DNA from: Podargus strigoides
Lineage: Eukaryota
Assembly (NCBI GenBank): GCA_028020825.1
Contig: CM051622.1
Coordinates: forward strand, 17,888,261 to 17,952,260
DNA length: 64,000 bases
Direction: 5' to 3'
Below, in pieces: positions 35,780 through 49,288 of the stretch. Position 1 is the stretch's first letter. Every line of letters begins with the position of its first letter. The position numbers were made by a program, and so were the translations under genes. Below the pieces are notes generated by a model that was not told the DNA's origin, ran no database searches, and saw only the letters and a program-made list of their open reading frames with translations.

Positions 35780-36636
35780 GTTTGTTAAAATACAGTCTTA
35801 AAATAGCATCTTTTTCTTTTGAAGCAAAAGTTCTGCGTCTAGGGGATTGTAATTACACAAGAGGCTTCAGTAAGTTTATGATTGTTGTTCCTTTTCATTT
35901 CTTCCCTTTTGTTAGAAGATAATTGTTTGTAACCATCCTTGTCAAAGCAATGTGAATACAAACTTAGGAACACCGTGTTTGGTAGAAAGCCTCTAACTAT
36001 CACTGAGGATGTATTTGCTCTTGCAGGACTTAGAAAGTTGACTTGAGTTGGCACATGCTAGATCTCATATATTGAGTTGTCTGCTGTTTCTGTTCTGCTG
36101 TTCTTCCTTTGGCTTGCAAAGATGTTGTATTATCTCCATTACAAAACAGCAGCTGAGCGTCTGCTGAACACCCTGCTGTCATCCTTCTCTGCTTCAGGAG
36201 CAAGGTTGCCCATCTGTGTCTTTGGATGCCCTTGATGGCTCCTGAATTTTCCAGGTGGGAGAGGAAATCATCTCTGTGTGTAAACACTGACAAAGAGCCA
36301 GAGATGGTCCTTGTAGTCCTAGTCCCTGTGAGATTGTATAGCTGTATCGTATGTCTGACCGTTCAACATTCATGTCTTCTGCTTCAGAGCTGATTATACT
36401 GAGTTCTGAAGTTCACTGTGTCCTTGGGAGAGAAATATGCTCAGATTCATCTGAATTTTAGCTGCTATGATGCTCAGATAACAAAGCTATATGATTAAAT
36501 GAAGTACAGAGGGTTCCATGCAATCCCATGTAGTGATATAATAAGAGGAAGGATGTCCAGGGCGATAAGAGTGTCAGGAATGACATACAAATATTTTGTA
36601 ACTGGTGGAGTTTAAAAAATATTTTTTTCTTTGTAG

Positions 36637-36683
36637 GATACAGTAAAAAAGGTTTGTGTTAAGCAAGTAAAAACACAGAAAAA
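36637..36683 (+). CDS. PARP4: PARP4 exon 19 (short). Product DTVKKVCVKQVKTQK plus two carried bases
   Basis: Acceptor tttttttctttgtag| and donor aa|gtaagt. Human has DTVEKICIKEIGTKQ. Confidence 0.65.
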
Positions 36684-38026
36684 GTAAGTTGCTTTCATTA
36701 AAAGTTATCTCCTTTATTTTATCAATACCTTAAATGATTATGTTAAAATATTTAATTTAATGTTTTTCTATTTACATAGAATATTTAATGGTACATTACA
36801 TTATAAAGTTTAATTTCACCTTTCACTCTAATCTGTTGTTATGCTTAGATAGGCACTATCATAGGAGACTAACTTAATTATTACACTTTTTCTTCACTAA
36901 ATACTTCCTTTTTGTTTCAGAAACATTTCTATTATTGAGGATTACATATAAATTCCCAAGTGACAAAACCTAATGAGACCATGATCTTATTTTTTTTTTT
37001 TTCAATATCACTGCACTTAATATTTTAGCCTTTCTTTGCATTTGCATTTTAAATAAAAATTTACAATTATCTGAAATTGTGATGTTGCTGTTAAAGTAAG
37101 ACTTTTTGGAAACTGAATATTATAATTTTATTCCCATTATTATTATTATTTTATTTTATTTCCCTGTATGGCTGTTTTCAACAAGAATAACAAGCAATGC
37201 AGGTAGTAGTAGCAGTAATGTGTCAAAACTTAATGCTATTAGTATTTCTCTATTAAAAACCATGAAAAATGCTTTATGAAATGTCCTAGTTTCTTCTCTG
37301 TTCTGTCTTCAAAGCAGGCACAAAACCCCATCTGTTATAATTTTCTAAAGTTATATTTAGTCTTGAAATAGTGTTTCCTGTTATTAACTTGCTTTTATTC
37401 AGTACAATTACTACTGGTTAGTAGAAATATTGTACTGATTGGCTAAAGATCTGATGCTATTTCTGCCATATATCAGGAATAAACTGACAAGTTCATACAC
37501 TACACATCCAGCTGTAGAAAATGTATTTAAAATGATAATGCAATTTAATTTTTAAGGGAAAATTCAACTAGAAAATATGAATAAAAATTGGGACACAGTT
37601 AAGAATGGTTATTGTGCAAGGATGGAGATCAGGTATCTTTATCTCTTTTTTTTTTGCTTCAGGTTCTAGAGGGAGCAGCACAAAGACATCCAAGTTAGCT
37701 TCAAACTTATTAATATTATATGAATAACATAATACGTTTTTCTGGCTGCCGGGTCATTCTCTCTGCAGATACTTTGATGCTGTGCATATGTATTACATGT
37801 TTTATCCACAAGCATCTTAAGGATAATGGAGATGTGGCTGTAAATAGAAAATAATTGCTCATATGATATGCAGAGGATACAGAGATTCATGGTACATTAA
37901 TAATAATGAAGGTTAGGGTTCAGAATAGTCAAGAATATTTATTAAAATGGGCCCATGTAACAAAAAAGGTGTAAGACTGACAAATGCAAGGCTACACATA
38001 GATAAAATTATTGCAGTCCTACACAC

Positions 38027-39060
38027 AGAATTATAGAATGTTTTGGGTTGGAAGGAACCTTACAGATCACCTTGTTCCAACCCCCCTGCCATGGGCAGGG
38101 ACACCTCTCACCAGACCAGGTTGCTCAGAGTCCCATCCCACCTGGCCTTGAACATTTCCAGAGAGGGGGCAGCCAAAATTTCTCTTGGCAACCTGTGCTA
38201 GTGTCTCACCACCCTCACAGTCAAGAATTTCTTCCTAATATCTAGTCTAAATCTACCCACTGCCAGTTTAAAGCCATTATTCCTGGTCCTATCACTCCAT
38301 GCCCTTGTAAAAAAAGTCCCTCTCCAGCTTTCTTGTAGGCTCCTTCAGGTACTGGAAGGCCACTATAAGGTCTCCCCAGAGCCTTCTCCTCTGCAGTCTG
38401 AACAACCCCAACTCTCTCAGTCTGTCCCCATAGGGGAGGTGCTCCAGCCCTCTGATCATCTTTGTGGCCCTCCTCTGGACTCACTCCAACAGGTCCATGT
38501 CCTTCTTATGTTCGGGGCCCCAGAACTGGACACAGTACTCCAGGTGGGGTCTCACAAGAGCAGAGTAGAGGTGGAGAATCAGCTCCCTTGACCTGCTGGC
38601 CACACTTCTTTTGATGCAGCTCAGGATACAGTTGGCTTTCTGGGCTGCAGGTGCACATTGCCGGCTCATGTTGTTTTTTTGTCAGCCAACACCCCCAAGT
38701 CCTTCTTGTCAGAGCTGCTCTCAAGCCATTCTCTGCCCAGCCTGTACTTGTGCTTGGGATTACCTTGACCCACGTGCAGGACCTTGCACGTGGCCGTGTT
38801 GAACTTCATGAGGTTGGCATAGGCACACCTCTCCAGCCTGTTCAGGTCCCTCCGGATGGCATCCCTTCCTTGCTGTGTGGCTTGGTTGATACACTGGATG
38901 GCATCCCTTCCTTCCAGTGTGTCAACCATGCCACACAGCTTGGTGTCATATGCAAACTTGCTGAGGATACACTCAGTCCCTACTTGGGAGATTATATTCT
39001 GGAATACAGCAACTACCAACTACCCAGTCAGTCAACAACCTGGAATGAACAACCATTGTG
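38027..39060 (-). mobile_element. CR1 LINE 3' fragment, minus strand
   Basis: Reverse-complemented CR1 3' end (cacagaattatagaatgttttgggttggaaggaacc...) at 38027. Minus-strand ORFs 38481..38669 ([21 protein letters not shown]) and 38666..39019 (FAYDTKL). Confidence 0.8.
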
Positions 39061-39885
39061 ATATTGTGGCAAAAATGGCTCATGCAGTCCCAAAATATAC
39101 AAACCAAGAAGTAGTGAAGAGAGAAGATTATTTTACTTTGTCAGGCAAGACTGACTGAAATTGCCAAAATGCCAATCTGAAGACCTTAAAAAAATAAGAA
39201 GCAAACCAAAGCATTAAAAAAAAAAGAAAACCAACAACAAAAACAACAGCAGCAACAAAAATCCAGCCTCGAGGCCACAGGCTGATCTCTGTCTGCAAAC
39301 TGGGAGGTCATTCCATTACATTGTATGGTATTTTGTGTCTTTTATGTATCTTGTATTGTATGATTGCACCTACCTGTCAAATTGCTTTTTAATGTCATTA
39401 CAGAAACAAAGAAAGAAGCAAAGGCTGGAAATTAAGGCTGAATAACAAAAAAAGAGAGTCAGTTTTAGCAGTGAGGTTTGGAACAGTTAGCCAGGGAAAA
39501 TGATGAACTTGCCTTCTCTGAAATACGGTTTGACTGTGTGTTATGAAGCTTTGCTTTGGAAAATAAAACATTAGGTTAAGTGGAGAGATAATTGGCTTAA
39601 ATGTTACGTAATGTGTTATAGAGGAGATTATGTCAAATGGCCTTTTGTGCCATCCTAACCTTTTAGACTATGAATACCCACAGCGAATCAGTACAGTTAT
39701 TCTTCAGGTATCTTAGGGACAGAAACTTGTCTAAGTAGTTCAGTGTTCTCCACTTTCCTCCAAAATTTTAAAAAGGGCAGGAGACATAGCTCCTTCTCAT
39801 GGAGATGTCATGGTATGCAGATTGAACATCATCTTCCCTGGAGTGCCATTCAGGGTTTCTTTTTTTTCCTTTTCTCTTTATTTAG

Positions 39886-39967
39886 TGGATTTTCCGTGGA
39901 TATGTCTATTGAGATGCCATCTAGTATTGAACGCATACATAGTTGGACACATGAACTTAAAATAAAG
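39886..39967 (+). CDS. PARP4: PARP4 exon 20. Product NGFSVDMSIEMPSSIERIHSWTHELKIK
   Basis: Acceptor cctttctctttatttag| and donor AAG|gtaaat. Human has SFSLTMSIEMPYVIEFIFSDTHELKQK. Confidence 0.75.
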
Positions 39968-40374
39968 GTAAATTAATTTCACTATAACTATGTCTCTGCC
40001 TTGGCAGTTCTGCTGTATATTTAAAATTGAACTTTTATCCTAGAAAACGCTTGTGCTAGATCTGTCTGGCTTTGTGCACTGTTCCTTCTGCAAACAGCTT
40101 GATCTTCTGTTTTTCTCAGATGAAAATATCTGTTGTGCTTGAAGCCTTTCTGTTTTGGTTGTCTTCTTATTTAAAAATACATTCAGAAAAGTGAATGATG
40201 TTTTAAAGAATGTAATAGAACTACCTTGTAAACTTTCTATAACTTTTTTGGCAAAAAGCTTTGGGACCACCTCCATTAAATCTACTCTTGTCATTCCCTG
40301 TTCTGACAAAGTAAATATTATCCACTGTATTGTTATTAAAGGAATATTTGCATACCTATTTTTCTCCTCTTTAG

Positions 40375-40512
40375 AAAACAGACTGCAAGGCTGTAATTAA
40401 GACTGTGGAGAACAGCTCCTTGGACGTTAGTGGCTTTGTTCTAGATATCTGGATTTCTCAGGTCTACCTACCTCGAATGTGGGTAGAGAAGCATCCCAGC
40501 AAAATGAGTGAG
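40375..40512 (+). CDS. PARP4: PARP4 exon 21. Product KTDCKAVIKTVENSSLDVSGFVLDIWISQVYLPRMWVEKHPSKMSE
   Basis: Acceptor tttctcctctttag| and donor GAG|gtaatg. Human has RTDCKAVISTMEGSSLDSSGFSL...YLPRMWVEKHPEKESE. Confidence 0.85.
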
Positions 40513-41886
40513 GTAATGCATAACTTGTACTGTTCATGAGGTCATACTGAATATGCTAAAATATAATAAACAGGAACAGCTTAGTTTTGATGGGTAAAAG
40601 ATGGAGAAAAATTTCACACCATGGGCAGTGGTCAATTTGATCTGTTTTATTAAGCTAAGTATTCTTCAGAAATGGGTTTTCCTGTCAGTTGCATAGAATC
40701 TTGTTGATTTTGTTTTATCCTTTGCCTTGTAAGACAGTAAATATTTCAATATTGTATCAAATAATTTCTGTTAAAACACTTTTTTCTAACTGTTGTGCTG
40801 CTGTTTGTATTTCATAGAAATGTGGCTACAGTGTTTGATACAGATGTTGCATTTACAGCAGTGGAAGTCAACAAATAAGTCATGGCTGAGGCTGGAAATA
40901 GCTTCAGAGTCATGCAGTCGCTATACTAATTAAAAATAAGTGAAATTTTAAACCATTAAATTTGTAGGGCTGTATTTACAGCTTAAACACAAATGCTTAC
41001 AGAATCTGTCAGTGTTTTATTTTAAAGCAGCTGGCCTTCCTAGACGATTTTGCATTCTGTTGTAGTTATTACTGCTGCAGTGATTATTCTCAAAGGCATT
41101 TGAGAATTCTCAAAGGCATCTCTCTCACATGTTTTGTGAAGTCCCTGGCTCTTTTAGTTATATTCAGTTCCTTTTTTTTTTTTTTTTTCCAATCTCTCAA
41201 TCCAATGTTGAAAATTATTAAAATAAGTAAGATGAAAGATAAAAGATTGTTTTCTTTCTGACAATGATGCTGCTTTTTTTTCTTCCTTGCTTAGTTTAAA
41301 TGTATTAGTTTAGGGATTCCTTTCTGATGACTGCAATAATACTGATATTCCCCCAAGGAAAAGGGAGAGATTCCTATTTGTGTTTCCAAACTGGAAACCT
41401 TTCCTTCTCTATTGGAAACACTTTCACTCCTTCAAGCGTTTCATTGTTCCACTTTCGAAAGCCTTTGTTTTTCATAGTGTCTCTGTTCATAGCAAGCACA
41501 GTATGCACTTCTAGTTTACATATTATGGTTTTTTTTAATTCTAGTACTTCTCACAAACTGATGGTGGCAGTGATGATTGTAAAAGACGGTATCTGTGATA
41601 TTTTAAATTATTTTATGACTTGTAAAAGAAAATCCAGTGCTGTTTGCAGAAGAGTGAATCAGATAGGAACATTTTCAGTTTTCATGTGAGACCTGGAATA
41701 TAGGTAAAGGGCAGAGAAGTTGCACTTTTCAGGCATTAAGAGTAAATGGCATATATTTGTTAAAACTTTGAAATATGGCTGTATTTTACTCTCGTCCTGT
41801 AATAAGAAAAATGAAGATGCTTGTGTACTCTTCTAGTGAAATGGTATTTATCCACTGTGCTGATGATTTTGTTTCTCCCTCTATAG

Positions 41887-42082
41887 GCTTGCATGCTTGT
41901 ATTCCAACCGGAGTTTGACACAGCATTTGAAGAAGAGCAGCTGGCCAGTGAAATTATTATTTTATTAGATTGCTCGAATTCTATGGCAGGTTCAGCTCTG
42001 CACCAAGCAAAGCAGATTGCTTTACGTGTTGTGGAGCTACTGTGTTTCAGACAAAGAATGCATGTAGTCAAATTTGGCACAA
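41887..42082 (+). CDS. PARP4: PARP4 exon 22 (vWA domain with MIDAS-like DCSNS). Product ACMLVFQPEFDTAFEEEQLASEIIILLDCSNSMAGSALHQAKQIALRVVELLCFRQRMHVVKFGT
   Basis: Acceptor ctccctctatag| and donor aca a|gtgagt. Human has ACMLVFQPD...VIICLDCSSSMEGVTFLQAKQIAL. Confidence 0.85.
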
Positions 42083-42313
42083 GTGAGTTTCTGTATTTCC
42101 TTTTTACCTGAAAGCCACTTTTTCCCTTCTTGTCATGGCTTAATTTTATGTACATCATTGTTATCAAACAAGCATAATACACTGAACTACAATCAGGAAC
42201 ATGTAGCAGTATGGAATATTTCTACTCTGATATTCCAGTCATAAAACTTAAACTTGTGTTTCATATTGTTGTAACATGCTTAGTATTTTAATGCTCTTAA
42301 TCTTTATTGACAG

Positions 42314-42384
42314 ATTTCACAGAATTTTCTTCTTTTTCAATGAACATCATAAATGATTTGGCACCACTGAAAGAGTTTATTACA
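42314..42384 (+). CDS. PARP4: PARP4 exon 23 (vWA). Product NFTEFSSFSMNIINDLAPLKEFIT
   Basis: Acceptor tctttattgacag|. An in-frame alternative acceptor lies 9 nt downstream. Donor ACA|gtaagt. Confidence 0.7.
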
Positions 42385-42557
42385 GTAAGTAAACCAGTCT
42401 AGTTGTATTCTAAAGAACACTTCTTTGTGTGGCATGTTTATCATTGCAAAGCTCTGTTATGCAACTTTTACTCTTTTGTTCTTTTTCTTTAGGCCAGCTT
42501 CTAAAATCTTTCTGTAATTTAGTCTATTTAAATTCTCTTTTAACAAGCACAGCCACA

Positions 42558-43362
42558 TCTGCTGGAGAGTTGGGCGGGGAGAAATTTAATGAAATATAAC
42601 AAGGGCAAGTGTAGAGTCTTGCATCTGGGTAAGAACAACCCCATGTGCCAGTATAAGTTGGGGACTGACCTGTTGGAGAGCAGCGTAGGGGAAAGGGACC
42701 TGGGGGTCCTGGTGGACAGCAGGATGACCATGAGCCAGCAATGTGCCCTTGTGGCCAAGAAGGCCAATGGCATCCTGGGCTGTATTAGAAGGGGTATGGT
42801 TAGTAGGTCAAGAGAGGTTCTCCTCCCCCTCTACTCTGCCCTGGTGAGGCTGCATCTGGAATATTGTGTCCAGTTCTGGGCCCCCCAGTTCAAGAAGGAC
42901 AGGGAACTGCTTGGGAGAGTCCAGCACAGAGCCACAAAGATGATTAAGGGAGTGGAACATCTCCCTTAGGAGGAAAGGCTGAGGGAGCTGGGTCTCTTTA
43001 GCTTGAAGGAGACTGAGGGGTGACCTCATTAATGTCTATAAATATGTAAAGGGTGAGTGTCATGAGGATGGAGCCAGGCTCTTCTCAGTGACATCCAATG
43101 ATAGGACAAGGGGCAACAGATGCAAGCTGCAACCTAGGAGGTTCTGCATAAATATGAGGAAGAACTTCTTCACAGTGAGGGGAACAGAGCACTGGCACAG
43201 GCTGCCCAGAGAGGTTGTGGAGTCTCCTTCTCTGGAGACATTCAAAACCTGCCTGGACATGTTCCTGTGTGACCTGACCTAGGTATTCCTGTTCTGGCAG
43301 GGGGACTGGAGTAGATGATCTTTTGAGGTCCCTTCCAATCCCTAACATTCTGTGGTTATGTG
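42558..43362 (+). mobile_element. CR1 LINE 3' fragment (~0.8 kb), sense, in PARP4 intron 23
   Basis: ORFs 42589..42969 (…[19 protein letters not shown]) and 43088..43282 (…[30 protein letters not shown]). 3' tail ccaatccctaacattctgtgg. Confidence 0.85.
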
Positions 43363-44680
43363 AATATTAATTCCAGTTTGGTTGTAAGCAGTTGCTTAAG
43401 TTGTTATTTTGAAGCTGAGTAGCTATCAGTGTTAGGACATTTTTCAGTGAATTTTATCTTCTAGAGTTCATACCTCTCATTGCCTGCTCACAGCAGAAAG
43501 AGAGGAAATGACTGACTTCCTTCTGGAAATCGGCAATTTTTAAGTGAAGGCAGCACTTCGGCCAAAGAACTTTCAGTGAAAAGGAAAACGCTTTTGGCAC
43601 CAAAAGATCAGATGTAGACTATTTAGGGCAATATGTTTTGGTTAGTACCATAACTTGTCAGTGCCCTAAGTAGACTTCTCATCTGTAATTAAAGCTCCTT
43701 GACGCTAGCATAACACATAAGATACTAATATAACGGATGTCTTGAAAATGGGATGGTAAGATGCAAATGGTGATCAATGCAGAGTAACACAAAGGGGAAA
43801 ACAACACTAGCTGTACCTGTACAATGTTGGGCTTCACCCAGAAAAGAGATGCTGAATAGTCCTTTTTAAATAGTAGCCTAGTGTTAAGCAGCAGTCAGAA
43901 GGGTAAACACTTAGGTAGCTCTATAAATCTGTATTGCTGTGGCATCCTGAATACTGTATGCACTTCTGGTCACTCCATCTCGAAGAGAAGAGCTAAAGAG
44001 ACAGAAAACAAGATACCCAGATATATGGAAGACCTGCTGTACAAGGAGAGGACTTGTCCTGATTATTTTGAACCTCTGTTGAATCCTTACAGTGATCACT
44101 TTTCCAGGATAGATAGAGGAAAAGGGGAATAGGGATGGTTACTTGCTGTTTCTCACCTCTTAAGGACCACAGGACACCCAGCAAAATGAGCTATCAGCAG
44201 ATTTAAAACAAAAATCAAACAGTCCTTTTCATGCATAATAAATAGTGGAACTTCTTGTCGTGCTTGATGCTGAGGCTAAACTGTAATTCAGTTCAGAAAG
44301 TGGGTTAGGCAAATTAATATTAAGAGCTGTAAATAGCTTTCAGATGCAATAGTCTGGATGAAAACTCCAGCTCAAGAAGTCCCCAAACCACTGATTAATG
44401 GAAGCTTTGAAAACAATATAGGAGTAGAATTTACCATTTTTCGTATCTTTTTTTCCTGTGCTTTTTGCCTAAGCCAGAGAAGGTACAGGATGAGATGGAC
44501 TTTAAGCTCTATCTTTACCAGGAATTATAGAAGAGCAAGAACAAATAAAACTTAAGAATTAATTATTTATATCTGGAAACTAAGAATCGTGTATAATTAA
44601 ATAAAGACTAAATTATACATTATATGTTATTTTAAGGAAAAAATAAATTAAATTCAAACTAAAACTCTAATACTTTTCAG

Positions 44681-44868
44681 TCTGCTACTGCAACACTGGG
44701 AAACACTGATTTATGGAAGACCTTACGTTACTTAAGTCTGCTATTTCCTTCTCGAGGACACCGTAACATTCTTCTTATATCAGATGGACACATTCAGAGC
44801 GAGAGTGTGACCTTCCAGATTGTGAAAGATAATGTCCAACATACAAGGATATTTACATGTGGTGTTGG
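44681..44868 (+). CDS. PARP4: PARP4 exon 24 (vWA). Product SATATLGNTDLWKTLRYLSLLFPSRGHRNILLISDGHIQSESVTFQIVKDNVQHTRIFTCGV
   Basis: Acceptor aatacttttcag| and donor gg|gtaagt. Human has SATPTMGNTDFWKTLRYLSLLYPARGSRNILLVSDGHLQDES. Confidence 0.85.
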
Positions 44869-45177
44869 GTAAGTACAAAGTTAGCTAGCAGTTGCATTTA
44901 TTTAAAATCACTGATAATTTATTCAAAGTGAGAGGTTAATAAGCTGAGAACTGTCAGATGCCTGAATGTGCTGTCTTAAATATATATATATGTTTAGATG
45001 AAATGCAGAAATGTTTGCCTGTTTTTAATAATGTAAGGAAAATCTGTAAGGAATTTCAAAGGTAAGGTGCCTACAATAATGTTAATTCGATGTCCAGATA
45101 GTCTTACCTATTCGTATCTTTCTTTGTTATAACAACTATATTATTTAAGACTATAATTGGAAAATACAAGAGTCACA

Positions 45178-45295
45178 GAGTGGTAGGGGTTGGAAGGCAC
45201 CTCTGAAGATCATCTAGTCCAGCTCCCCTCCTAGAGCAGGATTCTAGAGCAGATCACACAGGAACACATCCAGATGGGCTGCATTTCATGTTTTG
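45178..45295 (-). mobile_element. Short CR1 3'-terminal fragment (minus)
   Basis: ggttggaaggcacctctgaagatcatctagtccag... resembles the reverse complement of the CR1 3' end. Confidence 0.5.
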
Positions 45296-46655
45296 GTATA
45301 GTCTCATTTTAATAGTGCAGTTTCAATGCAGCATTAGTAGTTGCATAATTTTATTATTTAATTTTCATTTGTTTTGTAAGGTAATTACTTAAAGACAAAA
45401 TAAGCACTAGACTTCTCAACAGAGGAAGAGGTAAAACCTCACTGAAATTCATTGCAATGTAGTTTGACTGTTTTCAATAACAACCAACTAGAAAGATATG
45501 TACATGACTGAAACGACTTTAAAAAAAAAAAATGGGTTACAGTTTCGTATTTCAGGTTGCAAGGTATAAATGGGAAATGGTCAGGGAGGTGTTAGATTAT
45601 TACCATATCCTGGGAGAGCTGGCAGGGGTACATCGAAATAAAGACCAGTGGTGAGGGTCATGTTCTTCTAGGACTGCTTTTTAATTACACCTTCACCACA
45701 GCTCCTGTAACATTCCCCAGATCTCACAGCTGTGGGCCCTCTCCCAGCACGGGGTGAGCACACCCTTCAGGCCCTGTACCAGACATCCCTGTGCTCTTCC
45801 AGAGCAATCATACATTGTGACTATAGTAGAATTTGCATCAACACACAAAAAAGAACAGATGGTATGTGTCCATTGGCAGCACACTGACACCATTCCAACA
45901 TATTTACGTTCCTGTTATGTTCATGTTCAGCATGTTTACATTCATTGATTACTGGTTATTGATATGATGGAACTAGGCCTGGCCATGGATTACCTCAATG
46001 CGGGCAGTCTGAGAGGACATGGATTTAATGGCTCCTCTGGACGACTAACAATAATGTGCTAATGTCTACTTTCAGTAGGCAGGATCTGTATTTAACATGT
46101 TACAATGGTAAAGTAATAATGGTACAGAGGTGTAAAAGAGAAACTCACTCTTGTTCACGCTCTGGTGCAAGCAGAGTGTTTTCTAGAAGGCTGAATGAAT
46201 AGAGAATACTACATCTGTTTTATCTCTGCGGATAAATGACCAAAAAAAATTTAAATAGTGCAAGATTTGTACTTTACAGAGTTATACAAGACAGCAAAAT
46301 CTGTAAAAATACTTTTTAAAAAGCAGTAAAATTTAAACATGTTATTAGCATAGATACAATTGTACTATTTAATTTTGCCTAGAGGGGTTTTGGTGAGGAT
46401 TCACTAGGTCACTAAGACAGTGGTATGGTCCTGTTGAGGAATGAACATGCTTTCTGTCTTACAAAGATTTGAGACATACTGTGCTGTTTTCTCACCCAAA
46501 ATGTCACCTGCTTAATTGCTCTCCTTTGATCCTCTACAAAGCTCTTATTTGTATATATACCTATGAAATAGCTTCACAGTAGTCAGACTGTTGGTGAGCA
46601 GAGCCTGCTGTTCCGTCAGACTAGTAAGTGTTACCATATTGGTTATATCCATATT

Positions 46656-46950
46656 CATAGAATCACAGAATGGTTTGGGTTGGAACAGGCCTCAAAGATC
46701 ATCTCGTTCCAACCCCCCTGCCATGGGCAGGGACACCTCCCACCAGACCAGGTTGCTCATAGCCCCATCCAACCTGGCCTTGAACACTGCCAGGGAGGGG
46801 GCAGCCACAACTTCTCTGAGCAACCTGTGCCAGTGTCTCACCACCCTCACAGTCAAGAATTTCTTCCTAATGTCTAATCTAATGTCTAATGTTGTTGAGA
46901 TGATAGTAACATTGCCTAGCTGATGTAAGAGAGCTGTGTCCATGCTAAAT
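46656..46950 (-). mobile_element. CR1 3' fragment (minus)
   Basis: catagaatcacagaatggtttgggttggaacagg... The minus ORF 46692..46943 encodes ...IRKKFLTVRVVRHWHRLLREVVAAPSLAVFKARLDGAMSNLV, a CR1 ORF2 C-terminus. Confidence 0.8.
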
Positions 46951-47276
46951 AGCTCTGCTGAAGATGGAGGTTCAAGATCAGGATCATTTTGATGCAGTCT
47001 TATTGGTGTTTAAACCTAAGTTAATTTCTCTGCACTGTGACATCTAAAAACACGAGTACCATGTAATTTCTTCACGTGTTGTTAGGAAATCTCTAATACA
47101 GCAGCATACTCATTGTCTCAGTTGCTTTCAGTTGGCCTGTCCCCTGAAAAGGGGACAGAATATTAAAAATGTACATTGAAAAAGCTTTTGCAGTACTAAT
47201 TAAAACCAAAATACTTAGAAATAGTATCAGATGAGCAATTTAATTCAATAAATACATAAAGATTTTTTTTTGGTAG

Positions 47277-47376
47277 TTTGGCAGCAAATCGACACATGCT
47301 GAGATCTTTGTCCCAGTATGGTGCTGGAGCATTTGAATACTTCGACCCGAAATCAAAGTATAACTGGGAGGCAAAG
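47277..47376 (+). CDS. PARP4: PARP4 exon 25. Product GLAANRHMLRSLSQYGAGAFEYFDPKSKYNWEAK
   Basis: Acceptor tttttttttggtag| and donor AAG|gtacgt. Human has GIGSTANRHVLRILSQCGAGVFEYFNAKSKHSWRKQ. Confidence 0.85.
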
Positions 47377-48636
47377 GTACGTTTATAAATCTTTAATATA
47401 TTCAGTATGTAATCATTGTCTGATACATCAATATCTGATACAGCATATCTTCAGTATCTCAAAATGGGAATTACTAATTTTCATGGGATCACGTAGCTTT
47501 GCTATTACTATAAGATGGTTCAAGAAACATTTGATAGAAGGTGGAAAGAGAGATGCTTGTCTATTAAGCCTTCTTTTATTTTAAATATAAATTGATACTA
47601 AGTGAGAAAGAGAAGTATTTTGTTTGAGTATTGCAAAGGTGCCTTATTTTCAGCAGGAACACAGGTGCTATAGGAAAGGATATTAGAGCAGCAGAGAACC
47701 CTCAGTTCTTTGATAAGGGAGGGAATTTGTCACTGTAGTTGCCTTACCTTATTCAGACTGCTCACTGAATGTGTAAAAGAAAACAAGGAAGCCATGACTT
47801 ATTTTTTCTTTTTGAGAGACCTCCTGTACTTTTCTTAGGAAGTGTAATAACACCAACCTGGAAAAAGTTTAAGAAATGTCAAGCTGTATAAATAATTGTC
47901 CCTGAATGGAAAAACATGGCTTTATTTCTGTCATAGGTCTCAGTCCATCTACAACATTATCCTTGCTATAGTGATGAGGCCTGTAGCAATTGTATTCTGT
48001 AACTTCTGACTGTTGATGCATCTAGAAGTTTCAGACAATCCAGGATCCCATGTGCAGTGCTTTTCAATTTCCATGTATAACAGTTATATGTCTACAGCAC
48101 TATCCTATGCTTTGAATCTGGTCCCTTCTGGAACAGTGACAGTAGAGAAGGTGCTGCAGCAAGGCTGTATCTGGCGTATTTTTTTCCTGGAGGAATGGAT
48201 GAAAGCATAGATGTCTCCTCTTGCTATTCTGGCAGTCATTTGAATGATATATGTAGAGCTATCCAGAGCAGGCCATGGAGATGTGCAGAACTGTTCGTAT
48301 ATCTCAGAGCTGACACGTAGGAGATGATGCAAAGTGTAGCATGCCGTATTCCCTAGCCTGTTTGGCAACCCTGATCAATAGAAAATTTACTCTCAAATTT
48401 CAACTTTTGCTTAAAAGAAGTTTCATTATTCCAGAAGCCAGTACAATAATGTCCGAGTGATTTTTCTTCTTACCTCCAAACAGTAGACTTATTTTTATCA
48501 GTAACAGTATGTGGCTGTTAAAAAAAGAAATTTGTTCCACTCATGTGGGAAATATGTTATTTTCTATTGAGAGATTAAGTTTTCCTTTGAAAGCCTACTA
48601 ACAAACAGAGCTAATTTGTTTTGCTTCTTTACACAG

Positions 48637-48807
48637 ATACAGAGCCAGGTATCAAGGATATTTTCTCCAGGGTGCAGTTCAGTTTCTATTAAATGGCAAC
48701 AGTTTAATACAGGTGCACCAGAGCCAATGCAAGCTCCCGCTCAGATACAGTCTTTATTTAACAATGAGAGGCTTCTTGTCTATGGATTCATCCCTCACTG
48801 TACTCAG
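48637..48807 (+). CDS. PARP4: PARP4 exon 26. Product IQSQVSRIFSPGCSSVSIKWQQFNTGAPEPMQAPAQIQSLFNNERLLVYGFIPHCTQ
   Basis: Acceptor ttctttacacag| and donor CAG|gtaaac. Human has ...SVSVKWQQLNPDVPEALQAPAQVPSLFLNDRLLVYGFIPHCTQ. Confidence 0.85.
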
Positions 48808-49207
48808 GTAAACACTGGAGTACACATGCACAACTGAATAGAAATTTACATGTAAACAACTGCAGAGGACATACATTATCTTGTATTATATATCCTCCAT
48901 GCAGCATGTACTTAGCTTCTTTTTCATTGCTAAATATAATTAAGTTACCATTTAACTGTTGTTACTACTCTTCCCTCTAAGGAGTAGAGAGGAAAAAGTT
49001 ACCTAATTTAATGTTCCTACCATTGTGCTTTGATAAATACAGGATTCCTTTACTTGTGACTGTCCCCTTATTGTAAGGGGAAATACTTATAAACCTAGAC
49101 ATGCAAAGACAGATTTGAGTTGTATTTGGGAGTCATGACAGCATGCATGTGTGCTGGTAACATAGCATGAGAGAGAATAAAACAGTATTATTTTTTTTTC
49201 CTTTTAG

Positions 49208-49288
49208 GCCACCTTAAGAGCAGTAATAAATGACCAAGAACTAGAGACTGTGGTGTCAACCACTGAACTACAGAAGACGACAGGAACA
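49208..49288 (+). CDS. PARP4: PARP4 exon 27. Product ATLRAVINDQELETVVSTTELQKTTGT
   Basis: Acceptor ttttttccttttag| and donor ACA|gtgagt. Confidence 0.8.

Noticed and set aside
41760-42182. 140-aa minus-strand ORF antisense to PARP4 exon 22
   Set aside because: It is an antisense artefact overlapping a well-supported sense exon. It is lysine- and serine-rich with no domain
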